Positions 1 to 10,741 of a stretch of DNA of 64,000 bases are shown in pieces. Both the position numbers and the translations under genes were made by a program. The DNA comes from Bacillota bacterium (lineage in GTDB: Bacteria > Bacillota > JAAYKD01), in contig OY762825.2 in assembly GCA_963666425.2 (NCBI GenBank), positions 1,504,001 to 1,568,000 on the forward strand, given 5' to 3'. Each line of letters opens with the position of its first letter. The stretch's first letter is position 1. The notes below the pieces were generated by a model, which had not been told where the DNA came from, ran no database searches, and worked only from the letters and a program-made list of their open reading frames with translations.

Positions 1-1228
1 GGCGCAGAGAATCGATGGTCACCTCTTTTAGATCATGACCGTCGATGCGCACCGTGCCTTTTTGTGGGTCATAAAAGCGGGGAACCAAATTGATGACTGA
101 ACTTTTGCCGGAACCGGTCGAACCTAAGATTGCAATCGTCTGCCCTGGTAAGGCTTCCAAACAGATATCTTCCAGCACAAAGGTGCGGTTGTCATAACTG
201 AAGAAAACGTGATCCATCACCACATGGCCTGCTAAAGGCGGCAGCGTGATTGCGCCAGGCGCATCCGCCACATCGCTTTGTGTATCCAGCACCTCAAAAA
301 TCCGTTGACCGGAAGCAACCGCACGCTGCACCATGGAAATCAACATGCCAAACTGGCGTATCGGCTGAATCAGCTGCGCTAAAAGCGTGTTGAAAACCGT
401 CCATTCGCCTAAAGTAATGCTGCCGCCGATTACTTGCCTGCCGCCATACCAAATCAGAAAGACGGTTCCCATATTGGAAATGAAGCTCATCAGAGGAGAA
501 TAAAAGGCTTCCAGACGCACGGAGATCAAGTTTTTATCATAGTAGTTTTGATTCTCTTTGAGAAATTTCTCAATTTCATAATCTTCCTGCGCAAAGGCTT
601 TGACAACCCGCACGCCGGTAATACTCTCCTGCATGGCGGCGGAGAAGATGCCCATCTGGTCCCGCACCATGCGGAAGGTCGGCCGTACTTTCACAGCAAA
701 CTGTGTCACAGACCAAATCAAGAAGGGCATAAAGATTAAGGACATCATCGTCAAGCGCCAATTCATATTGAACAAGAGCACCAAAGTATAAACAATGGTC
801 AACGAAGCAGAGAAGAGGTTGATAAAGCCCATACCCATTGCTCTCTGCAGGGTAGCAACGTCGGAGGTCATGCGCGACATTAATTCACCGGTTCTGTTTT
901 GATCGAAAAAGCTAAAAGATAGTGTCTGTAAATGTTGATATAAACGATTGCGTACGTCATAAATCACTTTCTGCGCTGTAAATTCGATATTGTAGCGTTG
1001 AGCAAAAGTGATTGCTGTCTTGACGATGGCAACTGCTAATACCAGCCCGGCATAAATTGCAATTGATGAAAGATCCCCCGCTGGGATAAAGACATCGATG
1101 ATCTTTTCTGTCAACAGTGGCGAAATCAGACTCATCAAAGCAATGATATTGACGAGAAGAAAGGCGACCAGATAACGCGCCCAGTATTTCGCCATGAAAT
1201 CTTTTAATAATCGCGTATATACATTCAT
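1..1228 (-). CDS. ABC transporter permease/ATP-binding protein (exporter type), truncated by the window edge
   Basis: Translated by hand: ATG at 1228 after a GGAAAGGGGG RBS, giving MNVYTRLLKDFMAKYW... Contains hydrophobic TM helices, a TGELMSRMTSD motif and Walker A LGSTGSGKS near 100-130. The frame runs off the left edge, so it is missing from the ORF track. Confidence 0.9.
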   Translation of the reverse strand, partial: MNVYTRLLKDFMAKYWARYLVAFLLVNIIALMSLISPLLTEKIIDVFIPAGDLSSIAIYAGLVLAVAIVKTAITFAQRYNIEFTAQKVIYDVRNRLYQHLQTLSFSFFDQNRTGELMSRMTSDVATLQRAMGMGFINLFSASLTIVYTLVLLFNMNWRLTMMSLIFMPFLIWSVTQFAVKVRPTFRMVRDQMGIFSAAMQESITGVRVVKAFAQEDYEIEKFLKENQNYYDKNLISVRLEAFYSPLMSFISNMGTVFLIWYGGRQVIGGSITLGEWTVFNTLLAQLIQPIRQFGMLISMVQRAVASGQRIFEVLDTQSDVADAPGAITLPPLAGHVVMDHVFFSYDNRTFVLEDICLEALPGQTIAILGSTGSGKSSVINLVPRFYDPQKGTVRIDGHDLKEVTIDSLR

Positions 1229-1516
1229 TCTGAAGCTTCCCCCTTTCCATTTGCACTTAGAAAAAGCGCATTTTACCAAATGAACTGCCGATTCGATCTC
1301 AACGATTCGAAACCGCCCGGCATCGCTGTAAAATACGATGGGCAGATGAAGCTGAGACTGATAAAGCTCAAAACAACTTTTTCCTCGATTTTTCATTCAC
1401 ATTCGCAGAAATTATACTTGACAACAAGCTTTTTGTCAATATGCTTAACGTATAAAACCTTCTGTTAATAGAAATAATTTTCCTCTACACACTGAAAGTG
1501 TTTAGAAAGACGAATT

Positions 1517-1555
1517 AAAAGGACTACCATATGTCTTTAAGACATACGACAGTCC
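1517..1555 (-). terminator. Probable intrinsic terminator after the PmbA-like gene
   Basis: Imperfect hairpin ggact..tatgtc-tttaa-gacata..agtcc followed by a T-run on the minus strand. Confidence 0.5.
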
Positions 1556-1692
1556 CATTTAATTCGGTTGATCATGTGTATTTTTCTAATTACATATTCC
1601 TCAAGCACAAATTTGATGTCGAATTGATTCTACTCTTATCATTTGATTTGTCACTCGACAATGAGCAGTCAGATCTGGCAGGATTTTTGTAA

Positions 1693-2925
1693 TTACAGCT
1701 TGGCGATATTCAACTCTATGATCATGGATTTTTCTTCATTCAAAGATAAATATTTGTCCTTGGATACTCCGATGAAGGCATCACCAAACATGTCGTAGAT
1801 AGAGGAGCTAATCTGGAACTCTGGAAGTCTTCCTATCAGTCGGTTTCCATCAAAAAACATGCCTACCTGCACCGGTGCTGCATAATTACCCTCCGGTGTG
1901 AAATCTCCCCCGAATGATGATGCGATCAATATTGCAGGTTGTCCTCCCAACAATTCTTTTAATGTTTTTTCTGAGGCTTCTACCTCAAAGCCTGCTAAAC
2001 CTAATGTGGGCACACCATCATATTCGGCGATTGCACTGCCTGTATGTTTTAATCCAAACTGGGTTGCTGTCTTCTTATCAGTGTAAGGCGCGGTGATAAC
2101 ACCTTTTTCAATCAGAGGATATCTATAATTCTTGTTAACCACTCCTTCGGCATCAAAAAAAGGGATCATAAGTTGATAGGGATCAGCGGATTGTAAGAAG
2201 GTGAATTTCTCATTGAAGACCTTCTTACCCATTTTATCAGTAAACAAAGAACTTTTTGTTCCTATTCGTAAGCCATTCAATTCGGTAATGAGCTTATCTA
2301 CCGGCATTTGTGCTGCTGTTGTGAAAATACAGGGATAGGTTTTACTGGTAGGTAAATCAACCATATTATGATATACACTTAGCATTCCATCTGTATACTT
2401 CAGAAATTCCTTTCGATCGTACCGCCTGCCCGAATAGCCAAGAAATGCATCATATATATTCGATTTTTTCTTGTCCTTCAGTTTCAAGTCCACCACAACA
2501 TAGTTATTCTTATAGTACAAATCCAAATTATTGTCGTTTTGCAGTGAAACCTCTTGAGAGCCTAAATTTATCTTGTCAAAAAAAGTAAAACCAGGATAAT
2601 CTTTCCCCAATATGGTTAGAACTTCTTCCATTTCGTTGACGAAGATGTCTTCTTTGATGATTTCTTTGTCCAAAGCAATACTCTCTTGATAATTTCCGGA
2701 AGCTTGAAAGGCATAGGGTATTTTAAGCTTTAAGGCTTCTGCTGCCTTTTGATACATTTCCTCCGAATGGTGATCACCCAAGGTGCTTGACACCCCTATA
2801 AAACCTTCATTATATACTCTGTAACCGGTCCTTGTAATATCTTTTTTGCGTAACGATTCTACTTTCGTTTGTGCAACACAGATGCCGGTCTCTCTTACTC
2901 TGATTTGATACTTTTCTTTTATCAT
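1693..2925 (-). CDS. pmbA: PmbA/TldE family metalloprotease subunit
   Basis: 410 aa. FDAEG motif and C-terminal GDFT..G..A.PV..G...G pattern. Lies directly downstream of the TldD homologue. Confidence 0.8.
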   Translation of the reverse strand: MIKEKYQIRVRETGICVAQTKVESLRKKDITRTGYRVYNEGFIGVSSTLGDHHSEEMYQKAAEALKLKIPYAFQASGNYQESIALDKEIIKEDIFVNEMEEVLTILGKDYPGFTFFDKINLGSQEVSLQNDNNLDLYYKNNYVVVDLKLKDKKKSNIYDAFLGYSGRRYDRKEFLKYTDGMLSVYHNMVDLPTSKTYPCIFTTAAQMPVDKLITELNGLRIGTKSSLFTDKMGKKVFNEKFTFLQSADPYQLMIPFFDAEGVVNKNYRYPLIEKGVITAPYTDKKTATQFGLKHTGSAIAEYDGVPTLGLAGFEVEASEKTLKELLGGQPAILIASSFGGDFTPEGNYAAPVQVGMFFDGNRLIGRLPEFQISSSIYDMFGDAFIGVSKDKYLSLNEEKSMIIELNIAKL

Positions 2926-2938
2926 CGTTCCATTCCTC

Positions 2939-4276
2939 CTAAAGAACGTTCATATTTAGTACTCTGACATAGGGGCCACCAAAGGCTACCGGCAGAGAAT
3001 TTTGTTCATACTTGCCGCAGCCTCCTGTTGTAAAAGATACTATTTCCAAAGTATCAGAAAGACCATCAATTTGATTCATGGTTTCAAACACATTTCCTGT
3101 CAGTACAGATATATTCACCGGCTCAGCTATTTTTCCATCTCTGATCATATAAGAGGTCGATGGTGCTATGGTAAAGGTAGACATCCCCGTGCCATACTTC
3201 ACAGATTTTACTAATATTCCCTCCTTTATATCACGAAGCAGTTCTTCAAAGGTCAAATTACCTTCTTTAATGTACGTGGTAGTCATCCTCACGATTGGTT
3301 CGAATTCAAAGTCAATTGCTCTCGAATTGCCGGTAACACCTTCATCCAGATAGGCAGCCGTAGCAGCACTATGTAATCTCCCCTGAAGCAGGCCATCCTT
3401 GATTAAATAGGTTTCTTGGCACTTTGTTCCTTCATCGTCAAAAGGAATATAACCGGAGCCCATGTAACCGCCATTATCGACAATGGATAATAGATCTCTC
3501 CCTACTTTGCTGCCGATGGCCCATTCCTTTTTCATATTTTCATCACCGATCATAAAATCAGCTTCACTCTTGTGTCCGAAGCTTTCATGAGCAAATACAC
3601 CAGCTGCTACGGGCGCCAATACTACTGTATATTTACCCGGTTTTATGGGCTGAGCATATTTCAAGAATTCCTCCGATGCTTGTATCCCCTGCTTCAGTTT
3701 GTCATAATCATTACCGAGTTCATCAAAATAATTGGCGGTTTTTTGATAGCTGCCATTAAATGTTTTATCCCCGTCTGCCATACTAAACCGAAAAGAGATA
3801 CCTGTAGTCTGAAAATCAAACTTCAAATCGGCTCCTTTACTGGAGTAAAATTCCTTTACAATGTTTTTGTCGAGATAAGAGCCCTTCCACATTCTGATAT
3901 ATGGATTTTCATTCAGTAAAGGAAAATAGCCTTTCAAAAATTCCATTTTTTTCTGCTGACTTACCTGCTGCACATTTCTAACCTCAAATTGCAAATAGCT
4001 GCCTGTATGTGCCTCTAATCTGATTACTGCGGGGTGCTCATTTACTTTCTCATTTCTTTTTGCATAAATCGCAAGACAGTCTATCTCCTGCTGAAGATTT
4101 TCTACGTTGCTCGTTGCGCTGTAATACCATCTTTCTCCATCAAATATTCTTATAAATGCCCCTCTATAAGACGTAGATTTCAATTCATCGACAGAATCCA
4201 TGGTATAAATGATTTTTGTAGAGAATACATTCTCTATGCGAACATCGGTATATAAGTTCTTCGGAAATACAAACAT
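2939..4276 (-). CDS. tldD: TldD family metalloprotease
   Basis: 445 aa. HESFGHKSEAD zinc motif (HExxGHxxEAD), FDDEG, RMTTT and C-terminal GCGK...PV..GGP. Confidence 0.92.
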   Translation of the reverse strand: MFVFPKNLYTDVRIENVFSTKIIYTMDSVDELKSTSYRGAFIRIFDGERWYYSATSNVENLQQEIDCLAIYAKRNEKVNEHPAVIRLEAHTGSYLQFEVRNVQQVSQQKKMEFLKGYFPLLNENPYIRMWKGSYLDKNIVKEFYSSKGADLKFDFQTTGISFRFSMADGDKTFNGSYQKTANYFDELGNDYDKLKQGIQASEEFLKYAQPIKPGKYTVVLAPVAAGVFAHESFGHKSEADFMIGDENMKKEWAIGSKVGRDLLSIVDNGGYMGSGYIPFDDEGTKCQETYLIKDGLLQGRLHSAATAAYLDEGVTGNSRAIDFEFEPIVRMTTTYIKEGNLTFEELLRDIKEGILVKSVKYGTGMSTFTIAPSTSYMIRDGKIAEPVNISVLTGNVFETMNQIDGLSDTLEIVSFTTGGCGKYEQNSLPVAFGGPYVRVLNMNVL

Positions 4277-4786
4277 TTGTCCACCTCCTAAATATATGGT
4301 TGCTAAAACAACCTAATTTGTTTAAAATTTACTAACCCTTTCTGCTAGAGTCACGTTAAAAAGAAGCAAATTGCTACGATTGCATGGCTAAAAAAGAGTA
4401 TAGAAAAGACACCCCCAACAAGGAGCTCAATGTGAACTAACACAAGAGCCCGAGGGGTGTCCTTCCAAAAGCATTCTATTTGTATTGGACTTTTCCCAAG
4501 AGCGCAAGAGTGAAAAAGAAACAATTTTTTATGTAATTCCACCAATGTTTCACGACTGTTTAACATGCTCTGCAGCACTTGTTTGCTGTATGGTTCAATT
4601 TGCACATCAAATTATTGAAGTCTATATGGTTCGTCTGATGACGAAAGGTGAAATGAATTAAGACTGTTTGTTTTTCGAAGCAGGTTGGCTGAACCAGCCT
4701 GCTCACACCCTAAAGCGCTCATGATTGCTGCCAATGCAGGGCCAAAAGTTCCCGATAGTATAAGAGAAGGCTACCCGAACGCAGCA

Positions 4787-5125
4787 TTAAGTGATAATCT
4801 TCTGCACGATATTACTGATCAGCGATAAGACAATCGCGCCAAGGATTGCCGTTCCCCAACTGTTGACCCGGAAACCATCGACAAAATTAGCCGTGATCTT
4901 CAATACTGCGCCATTGATCACAAAAGCGAATAAACCGAAGGTGAGGATGGTGATCGGTAAGGAGAGTAAAAGCATCACCGGTTTAATAAAGGCATTCACC
5001 AGACCCAGAACCAATGCCGCAGCCAGGGCGGAACCTAGGTTTGCTACTTGAAAACCGGAGAACAGATACGGCATGATGAAAATAGCCACTGCATTACTGA
5101 TTAAGGTCACAAGAAAACCATTCAT
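4787..5125 (-). CDS. Phage holin family membrane protein (YvlD/DUF360-like)
   Basis: 112 aa, 4 TM. Typical NAFIKP..LLSLPITILTFGLF.FVIN motif. Confidence 0.85.
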   Translation of the reverse strand: MNGFLVTLISNAVAIFIMPYLFSGFQVANLGSALAAALVLGLVNAFIKPVMLLLSLPITILTFGLFAFVINGAVLKITANFVDGFRVNSWGTAILGAIVLSLISNIVQKIIT

Positions 5126-5190
5126 TTGACGACACCTCTTATTATTGTATTATCTCTTTTAATCTATTCGCTTTCACGCCGCAAATTCCT

Positions 5191-6465
5191 CTAAATTTCT
5201 TCATCGGGTGAGATGTTGATATTACCATTAGAAGTACGTGCAGCCAAGCGCAGCCGTTTTTGATAGCTGGCAAAATCCGGTGTCGTATCGATATGACGGT
5301 ATTTTGCTTGTGCCGCATAGCCTCCCACGGCGCCCGGCAGATCGACCTTTACCTTACCCAAAGAGGTGGAAAGATCAAAATCGTGCGCCAGATCCTGGCA
5401 GTCCGGCACTCTGACCCGAACGGTGCCATTGGTCGTGGAAAGTTCGAATGTATTGACCGTCTCTTCGGTCGCAGCCACGTTGACGCTGCCATTCGAGGTA
5501 TAAGCAGTGAGCAGAGGAACGCCTCCGTCACAATGAATGCTGCCATTGGAACTGCGCAGATGCGCCACTTTGGCAGCCGTACCGAGCAGAGCAATTCGGC
5601 CATTGGAAGTTCTGCCTTCAATTCCTTCCGCAGTTAAATCTTCCAGAACGATGCGGCCATTGCCGGTGTCCAGTGTAAAATCATAGATTCTGTTCTGCGG
5701 CAGCCACAACTCCACACTCATACCGGAGTTGATGCCATTTAACGATTTACCGTCAATAATCAAACCTTCATCGGTATGAGAAACGGTAACCCGGCTTTCC
5801 GCTTTGCTTCTGGCTTCCTCTTCACTGCCGGCCCGGATTTTTTTAGAAAGAATCAAGCGGAACTCGTTGCGGTTCCAACCCAGACACTCGATCCGTCCAT
5901 TGGCAGTTTGGATATGAATGAAAACCGCTCGTTTCGCATCGGCATCCAGGAAGTTTCCTTCCATTTGTTCTTCAAAGGTATAGGTGCTGTCAAAGACATT
6001 AAAACCAAACGCACTCTCCACATTGGATAGTACGGAATTGACCAGTCCGCTTACCCCATCCATGGTGTCGCGCAGAGCCGAATCAACACCTACCACACTA
6101 TCACGCGATTTACGGTATTGTCTGTCTTCTTCGCGGGCACGCCGGGTCGCTTCGCTGTTTTGCTGACTGGCTTGTTCCCGAGCAAGACGCTCCATTTCTC
6201 TGGCCTGCCGTTTGGCCTCCAAGGCGGTTTCTTTGGCGATCCGCTTGGCTTCCCGGGCAGCCTCTTTGATTTCGTATTTCATTTGATGCATGGCATCCTT
6301 AAAATCATAATCTGGTTTGCTGCTTTCTGACGTATCCGCAGTTTCCGCTTGCGGCTCAGGCGCGTTCTCAGCCAGCGCTTCTAAGAGCAAAACCGCTTCA
6401 TTGGCCTTGATTTTGCCTTCTTCAACCATTTGTAAGATCATTTTCCGTTCTTCTATCATGGACAT
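5191..6465 (-). CDS. YvlB/LiaX-like protein: SHOCT-like N-terminus plus DUF4097 adhesin-like beta repeats
   Basis: N-terminal EERKMILQMVEEGKI.A.EA..LLEAL, a coiled coil, then repeated T(S/G)NG(R/S)I beta motifs. Confidence 0.8.
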   Translation of the reverse strand: MSMIEERKMILQMVEEGKIKANEAVLLLEALAENAPEPQAETADTSESSKPDYDFKDAMHQMKYEIKEAAREAKRIAKETALEAKRQAREMERLAREQASQQNSEATRRAREEDRQYRKSRDSVVGVDSALRDTMDGVSGLVNSVLSNVESAFGFNVFDSTYTFEEQMEGNFLDADAKRAVFIHIQTANGRIECLGWNRNEFRLILSKKIRAGSEEEARSKAESRVTVSHTDEGLIIDGKSLNGINSGMSVELWLPQNRIYDFTLDTGNGRIVLEDLTAEGIEGRTSNGRIALLGTAAKVAHLRSSNGSIHCDGGVPLLTAYTSNGSVNVAATEETVNTFELSTTNGTVRVRVPDCQDLAHDFDLSTSLGKVKVDLPGAVGGYAAQAKYRHIDTTPDFASYQKRLRLAARTSNGNINISPDEEI

Positions 6466-6495
6466 GGTGCTTCCTCCTTTATTCGTCGTTGCGGC

Positions 6496-7413
6496 TTACA
6501 TTAAGTCGACATCGTTGTCTTGGGCTTCCGTGCGGCTGCTAACAACCACTTGTAATTCTGCTAATCCTGTTTCCAATTCGGTCAAGGCTGCATCGGCTTT
6601 TTCATTTCCGGTTTTCGCCCAGGCGGTCAGCTCATCGGCATATTTGACTTCTTTTTCATTGCTGGCTTTTTGCTGCAGCGCAACACACTGTTCCGCTACC
6701 TCTGCCATCAGAGAAGACAACTCCGCCATGTCATTGTGCATTTCGCTGATAAAGGATTCGATTTCCTCTGTTTCGCGCTCTTCATCCTCTTCGTTCCATT
6801 CTGCCCAGGCATCCTGCAAGTCATTCAAATGATCTGCTACTTCAGCCATAGCATCCCGTAACGCATCCAATTCGGCTTCGAATTCTTCCGCCTGCTCTTC
6901 CATGGCGTCCTGCATTGCTTCGCTTACGTCTGCTGCTTTTTCTTTCAGCTCATCGGCGATGTCAACTACTTTGTTTTTCAGATTCGAGGCTGTCTCGGAT
7001 CCATTTTTTTTGCTTTCTGCAATTTCTTTCCGCATCCCTATCATGGCCTGACTGACTTCGTCACGAATAATTGAACCTAAATCTTTCATCGTAGAGCCAA
7101 TTTTTCTGCCGGCTGCTTGGAAATCTTCATCTTTGACAGCCTTTTGAATTTCTTCGCTTAAGCGCATCCCCATCTGCTGGCCGGCTTTGCCCACCGTTTT
7201 GGCACCATGGCTGACTGTATCGAAAATCTGCTGTTCTTCAAAAGATTTTCCACTATGACGGCTGGGGCGATAGGAACCGGAGGGGGTGCTTGGCTTGACC
7301 GGACGGATTGGCTCCTGTGCTTTTTGCAGGGCACTGAGCAATTTAGCAGCTTCTTCTGCCGTGATTTTTTGCTCGCTGAGCATTTGTAAAACTTTCATTC
7401 TTTCCTCATTCAT
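6496..7413 (-). CDS. SHOCT-like domain acidic coiled-coil protein
   Basis: Start moved to ATG 7413 behind GGAGGAG. N-terminus MNEERMKVLQMLSEQKITAEEAAKLL is paralogous to the next gene. Very acidic helical C-terminus. Confidence 0.7.
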   Translation of the reverse strand: MNEERMKVLQMLSEQKITAEEAAKLLSALQKAQEPIRPVKPSTPSGSYRPSRHSGKSFEEQQIFDTVSHGAKTVGKAGQQMGMRLSEEIQKAVKDEDFQAAGRKIGSTMKDLGSIIRDEVSQAMIGMRKEIAESKKNGSETASNLKNKVVDIADELKEKAADVSEAMQDAMEEQAEEFEAELDALRDAMAEVADHLNDLQDAWAEWNEEDEERETEEIESFISEMHNDMAELSSLMAEVAEQCVALQQKASNEKEVKYADELTAWAKTGNEKADAALTELETGLAELQVVVSSRTEAQDNDVDLM

Positions 7414-7602
7414 GATTCTCGCTCCTCCAATTATTTCTTCATACGTAACCACACTTGGTTTACGAGATCATTATAAGCATATAGCTTTCATTTGTCAAGG
7501 GTTATGTTAAATATTTTTAGTATTTATCTGTTAACATTTGATATCGCTTATTAAGGGATTCTTCCCTCTCCAACACTCCCAACGAAAATCGTCAACTGAC
7601 AC

Positions 7603-7631
7603 TTGCATGATAGATTGAATAAGGGTATAAT
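7603..7631 (+). promoter_or_regulatory. SigA-type promoter of uvrA
   Basis: TTGCAT-N17-TATAAT, about 60 bp upstream of the uvrA start. Confidence 0.7.
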
Positions 7632-7691
7632 TGGTAGGATGTTTTTCAAAGACCGAATAGTAACCATTTTAAGCAAGATACGGGAGATCAT

Positions 7692-10598
7692 ATGAACGAT
7701 AAAATAATCATCCAGGGAGCGCGTCAACACAATCTGAAAGATATCAATGTTGAATTGCCCCGCAACAAATTCATTGTTTTCACCGGTTTATCCGGTTCGG
7801 GTAAATCGTCGCTTGCCTTCGATACCATCTATGCGGAAGGACAAAGACGTTATGTCGAGTCCTTATCCTCCTATGCCAGACAGTTTCTCGGTCAAATGGA
7901 GAAACCGGATGTTGATATGATTTCCGGACTTTCTCCAGCCATCTCCATTGATCAAAAGACCACTTCCAAAAATCCACGTTCCACCGTGGCGACGGTAACG
8001 GAAATCTACGATTATATGCGTTTACTTTACGCCAGAGTCGGTCAGCCCTACTGCCCCAACTGCGGTAAGAAGATCAGTCAGCAAACCGTGGAACAGATCG
8101 TCGATCAGGTGCTGACCTTGCCGACGTCCACCCGGCTGCAAATTCTAGCGCCGCTGGTGCGTGGCCGCAAAGGGGAATATACCAAACTATTTGAAGATAT
8201 GCGTAAGGAAGGTTATGTCCGTATGCGTGTCGATGGTACGGTCATTGACCTGGGCGATGAGATCAAATTGGCTAAAACCAAAAAACACACTCTGGAAGTC
8301 GTGGTAGACCGCTTGGTTTTACGAGAAGACATCCAGCAACGGCTGGCAGATTCGGTGGAAGCGGCCTCCAATTTGGCCGGTGGTTTGGTCATTGTGCAGG
8401 TGATTGACGGAGAAGAGTGGCTGTTCTCACGCAATTTTGCCTGCCCCGACTGCGGTTTTAGTTTTGAAGAAATCCAGCCGCGCATCTTTTCCTTCAACAA
8501 TCCTTATGGTGCTTGTCCCACCTGCGGGGGCTTAGGTGTAAAGCGCGAATTCGATCCCGATCTGATCATGCCGGATAAATCCCGCTCCATCGAAGAAGGC
8601 GCCATTGAAATCTGGTCGAGTCCTCATGCCAATTATTATCCGCAGATGTTGGCAGCCCTGGCGGAGCATTACCATTTCTCCACCACGGTGCCGGTTTCCG
8701 AGCTGTCTGAAGAAACGATCAAGTTATTGATGTATGGCAGCGGCAAAGAGAAAATCAAAGTGCATTATGTTACGGTCGAAGGCCGTAAAACCACCTTTGA
8801 TACGATCTTTGAAGGCGCTGTCAGCTGGTTGGAACGCCGGCTGCGGGAAACCGAATCGGATGCGCAGCGGGAAGAAATCGAACAATATATGAGCAGCAGT
8901 CCCTGCCCCGATTGCGGCGGCAAACGTTTAAAGAAAGAAGTGCTTTCCATTCTGTTCGGGGGTTTGAATATAGCCGAGGTTTCCGCTTTTTCTGTCTCGG
9001 AAGCGCTCACCTTTTTTCAAAATGTCAAACCGACGCTGACCACCCGCGAAATGATGATCGCGGCTCAGATTCTCAAAGAAATCGAAGCCCGGCTTGGCTT
9101 TCTGCTCAATGTCGGCCTGGATTATCTGACGTTAAACCGCGCTTCCGGCACACTTTCCGGCGGAGAAGCGCAGCGCATTCGCCTGGCGACCCAAATCGGC
9201 TCCGGTTTGGTTGGCGTGCTTTATATTTTGGACGAACCCAGCATCGGACTGCATCAGCGCGATAACGCAAAACTGCTGCAAACCCTGAAACATTTACGCG
9301 ATTTGGGCAACACCCTGATCGTAGTGGAACACGATGAAGAAACGATGTGGGCGGCGGATCATATTCTCGATATCGGCCCCGGTCCCGGCACGCACGGCGG
9401 TCAAATCGTGGCGCAGGGCACCGCGGCAGAAATCTGCCAGGTAGCCGAAAGCATCACCGGTCAATATCTGAGCCGCAAGAAATTCATTGCCGTCCCGGCT
9501 CAGCGTCATCCCCTTTCCAACCGCTGGCTGACTGTCAAAGGCGCCCGCGCCAATAATCTGAAAAATATCGATGTCGCCATTCCGCTCGGCGTCTTCACCT
9601 GTGTGACCGGCGTTTCCGGATCGGGCAAATCCTCTCTGGTCAATGAAATTATTCGCAAAAAGCTGTTGGCTAGCCTAAATCGGGCAAAAACGAAGCCGGG
9701 TGACCATGATGAAATCTTAGGAATGGAAGAGCTGGATAAGGTGATTGATATCGACCAATCTCCAATCGGCAGAACGCCGCGTTCCAACCCGGCCACTTAT
9801 ACCGGTGTCTTCGGTGACGTCCGTGAATTATTTGCTTCCACCAATGATGCGAAGGTGCGCGGCTATAAATCCGGCCGCTTTAGCTTCAACGTCCGCGGCG
9901 GGCGCTGCGAAGCCTGCAAGGGCGACGGCATCATTAAAATCGAGATGCACTTCCTGCCGGATATTTTCGTCCCCTGCGAAGTCTGTAAAGGCAAACGTTA
10001 CAGCCGGGAGACCTTGGAGGTGCATTACAAAGGCAAAAGCATTGCCGATGTCCTCGACATGACCGTAGAAGAAGCCTTGGGTTATTTTCAGAATTTGCCC
10101 AAGATCGCCCGCAAAATCCAGACGCTTTATGATGTGGGCTTGGGTTATATTAAGCTTGGTCAGCCGGCCACCACCCTCTCCGGCGGCGAAGCGCAGCGGG
10201 TAAAATTAGCCACGGAATTGTCCCGCCGCGCCACCGGACGCACCCTCTATTTGTTGGACGAACCTACCACCGGACTGCACATTGCCGATATCGATCGTTT
10301 GCTGGAGGTCCTGCACCGTCTGGTAGAGAATGGCGATACCGTTGTGGTAATCGAACACAATCTTGATGTGATCAAGACTGCCGATTATATCATCGATATG
10401 GGGCCGGAAGGCGGCTTCCGCGGCGGTGAAGTGATCGCCACAGGCACACCGGAAGAGATTGCTGCCTGTGAGCACTCCTATACCGGACAGTATCTGAAAA
10501 AGGTTTTAGCCAGAGCTGCCGAAGCAACTATCGCGGCTGCAGCCGATTTGACACCCTTACTAGTCGACCCGGCAGTCAGTGCCGCTCCGGAAATCTAA
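7692..10598 (+). CDS. uvrA: Excinuclease ABC subunit A
   Basis: 968 aa. Two Walker A motifs ([16 protein letters not shown]), two LSGGEAQR signatures and zinc fingers. Confidence 0.99.
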   Translation: MNDKIIIQGARQHNLKDINVELPRNKFIVFTGLSGSGKSSLAFDTIYAEGQRRYVESLSSYARQFLGQMEKPDVDMISGLSPAISIDQKTTSKNPRSTVATVTEIYDYMRLLYARVGQPYCPNCGKKISQQTVEQIVDQVLTLPTSTRLQILAPLVRGRKGEYTKLFEDMRKEGYVRMRVDGTVIDLGDEIKLAKTKKHTLEVVVDRLVLREDIQQRLADSVEAASNLAGGLVIVQVIDGEEWLFSRNFACPDCGFSFEEIQPRIFSFNNPYGACPTCGGLGVKREFDPDLIMPDKSRSIEEGAIEIWSSPHANYYPQMLAALAEHYHFSTTVPVSELSEETIKLLMYGSGKEKIKVHYVTVEGRKTTFDTIFEGAVSWLERRLRETESDAQREEIEQYMSSSPCPDCGGKRLKKEVLSILFGGLNIAEVSAFSVSEALTFFQNVKPTLTTREMMIAAQILKEIEARLGFLLNVGLDYLTLNRASGTLSGGEAQRIRLATQIGSGLVGVLYILDEPSIGLHQRDNAKLLQTLKHLRDLGNTLIVVEHDEETMWAADHILDIGPGPGTHGGQIVAQGTAAEICQVAESITGQYLSRKKFIAVPAQRHPLSNRWLTVKGARANNLKNIDVAIPLGVFTCVTGVSGSGKSSLVNEIIRKKLLASLNRAKTKPGDHDEILGMEELDKVIDIDQSPIGRTPRSNPATYTGVFGDVRELFASTNDAKVRGYKSGRFSFNVRGGRCEACKGDGIIKIEMHFLPDIFVPCEVCKGKRYSRETLEVHYKGKSIADVLDMTVEEALGYFQNLPKIARKIQTLYDVGLGYIKLGQPATTLSGGEAQRVKLATELSRRATGRTLYLLDEPTTGLHIADIDRLLEVLHRLVENGDTVVVIEHNLDVIKTADYIIDMGPEGGFRGGEVIATGTPEEIAACEHSYTGQYLKKVLARAAEATIAAAADLTPLLVDPAVSAAPEI

Positions 10599-10606
10599 AT
10601 CCTTTG

Positions 10607-10647
10607 AGAAAACCTTGCGCCGCTCAACTCGCAGGGTTTTCTTTTTT
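10607..10647 (+). terminator. Intrinsic terminator after uvrA
   Basis: gaaaaccttgcg...cgcagggttttc stem followed by a T-run. Confidence 0.7.
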
Positions 10648-10741
10648 CATGCAGCTATTTATGACCGAAAAATGAAACCAAAGCCCGTCGAGATTCGAAA
10701 AAAAGGAGATTGAAACAGATAACCAGAAATAGACTGAGATT

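Noticed and set aside
4628-4700. Hammerhead ribozyme (CTGATGA...GAAA)
   Set aside because: No credible stem II or III and no NUH cleavage site. It is better explained as a short palindrome, ttcgtc-tgat-gacgaa.
4787-5125. Prophage lysis gene
   Set aside because: YvlD/DUF360-type membrane proteins are common chromosomal genes, and there is no endolysin or phage context.
7560-7691. LexA (Cheo) box upstream of uvrA
   Set aside because: No convincing GAAC-N4-GTTC found.
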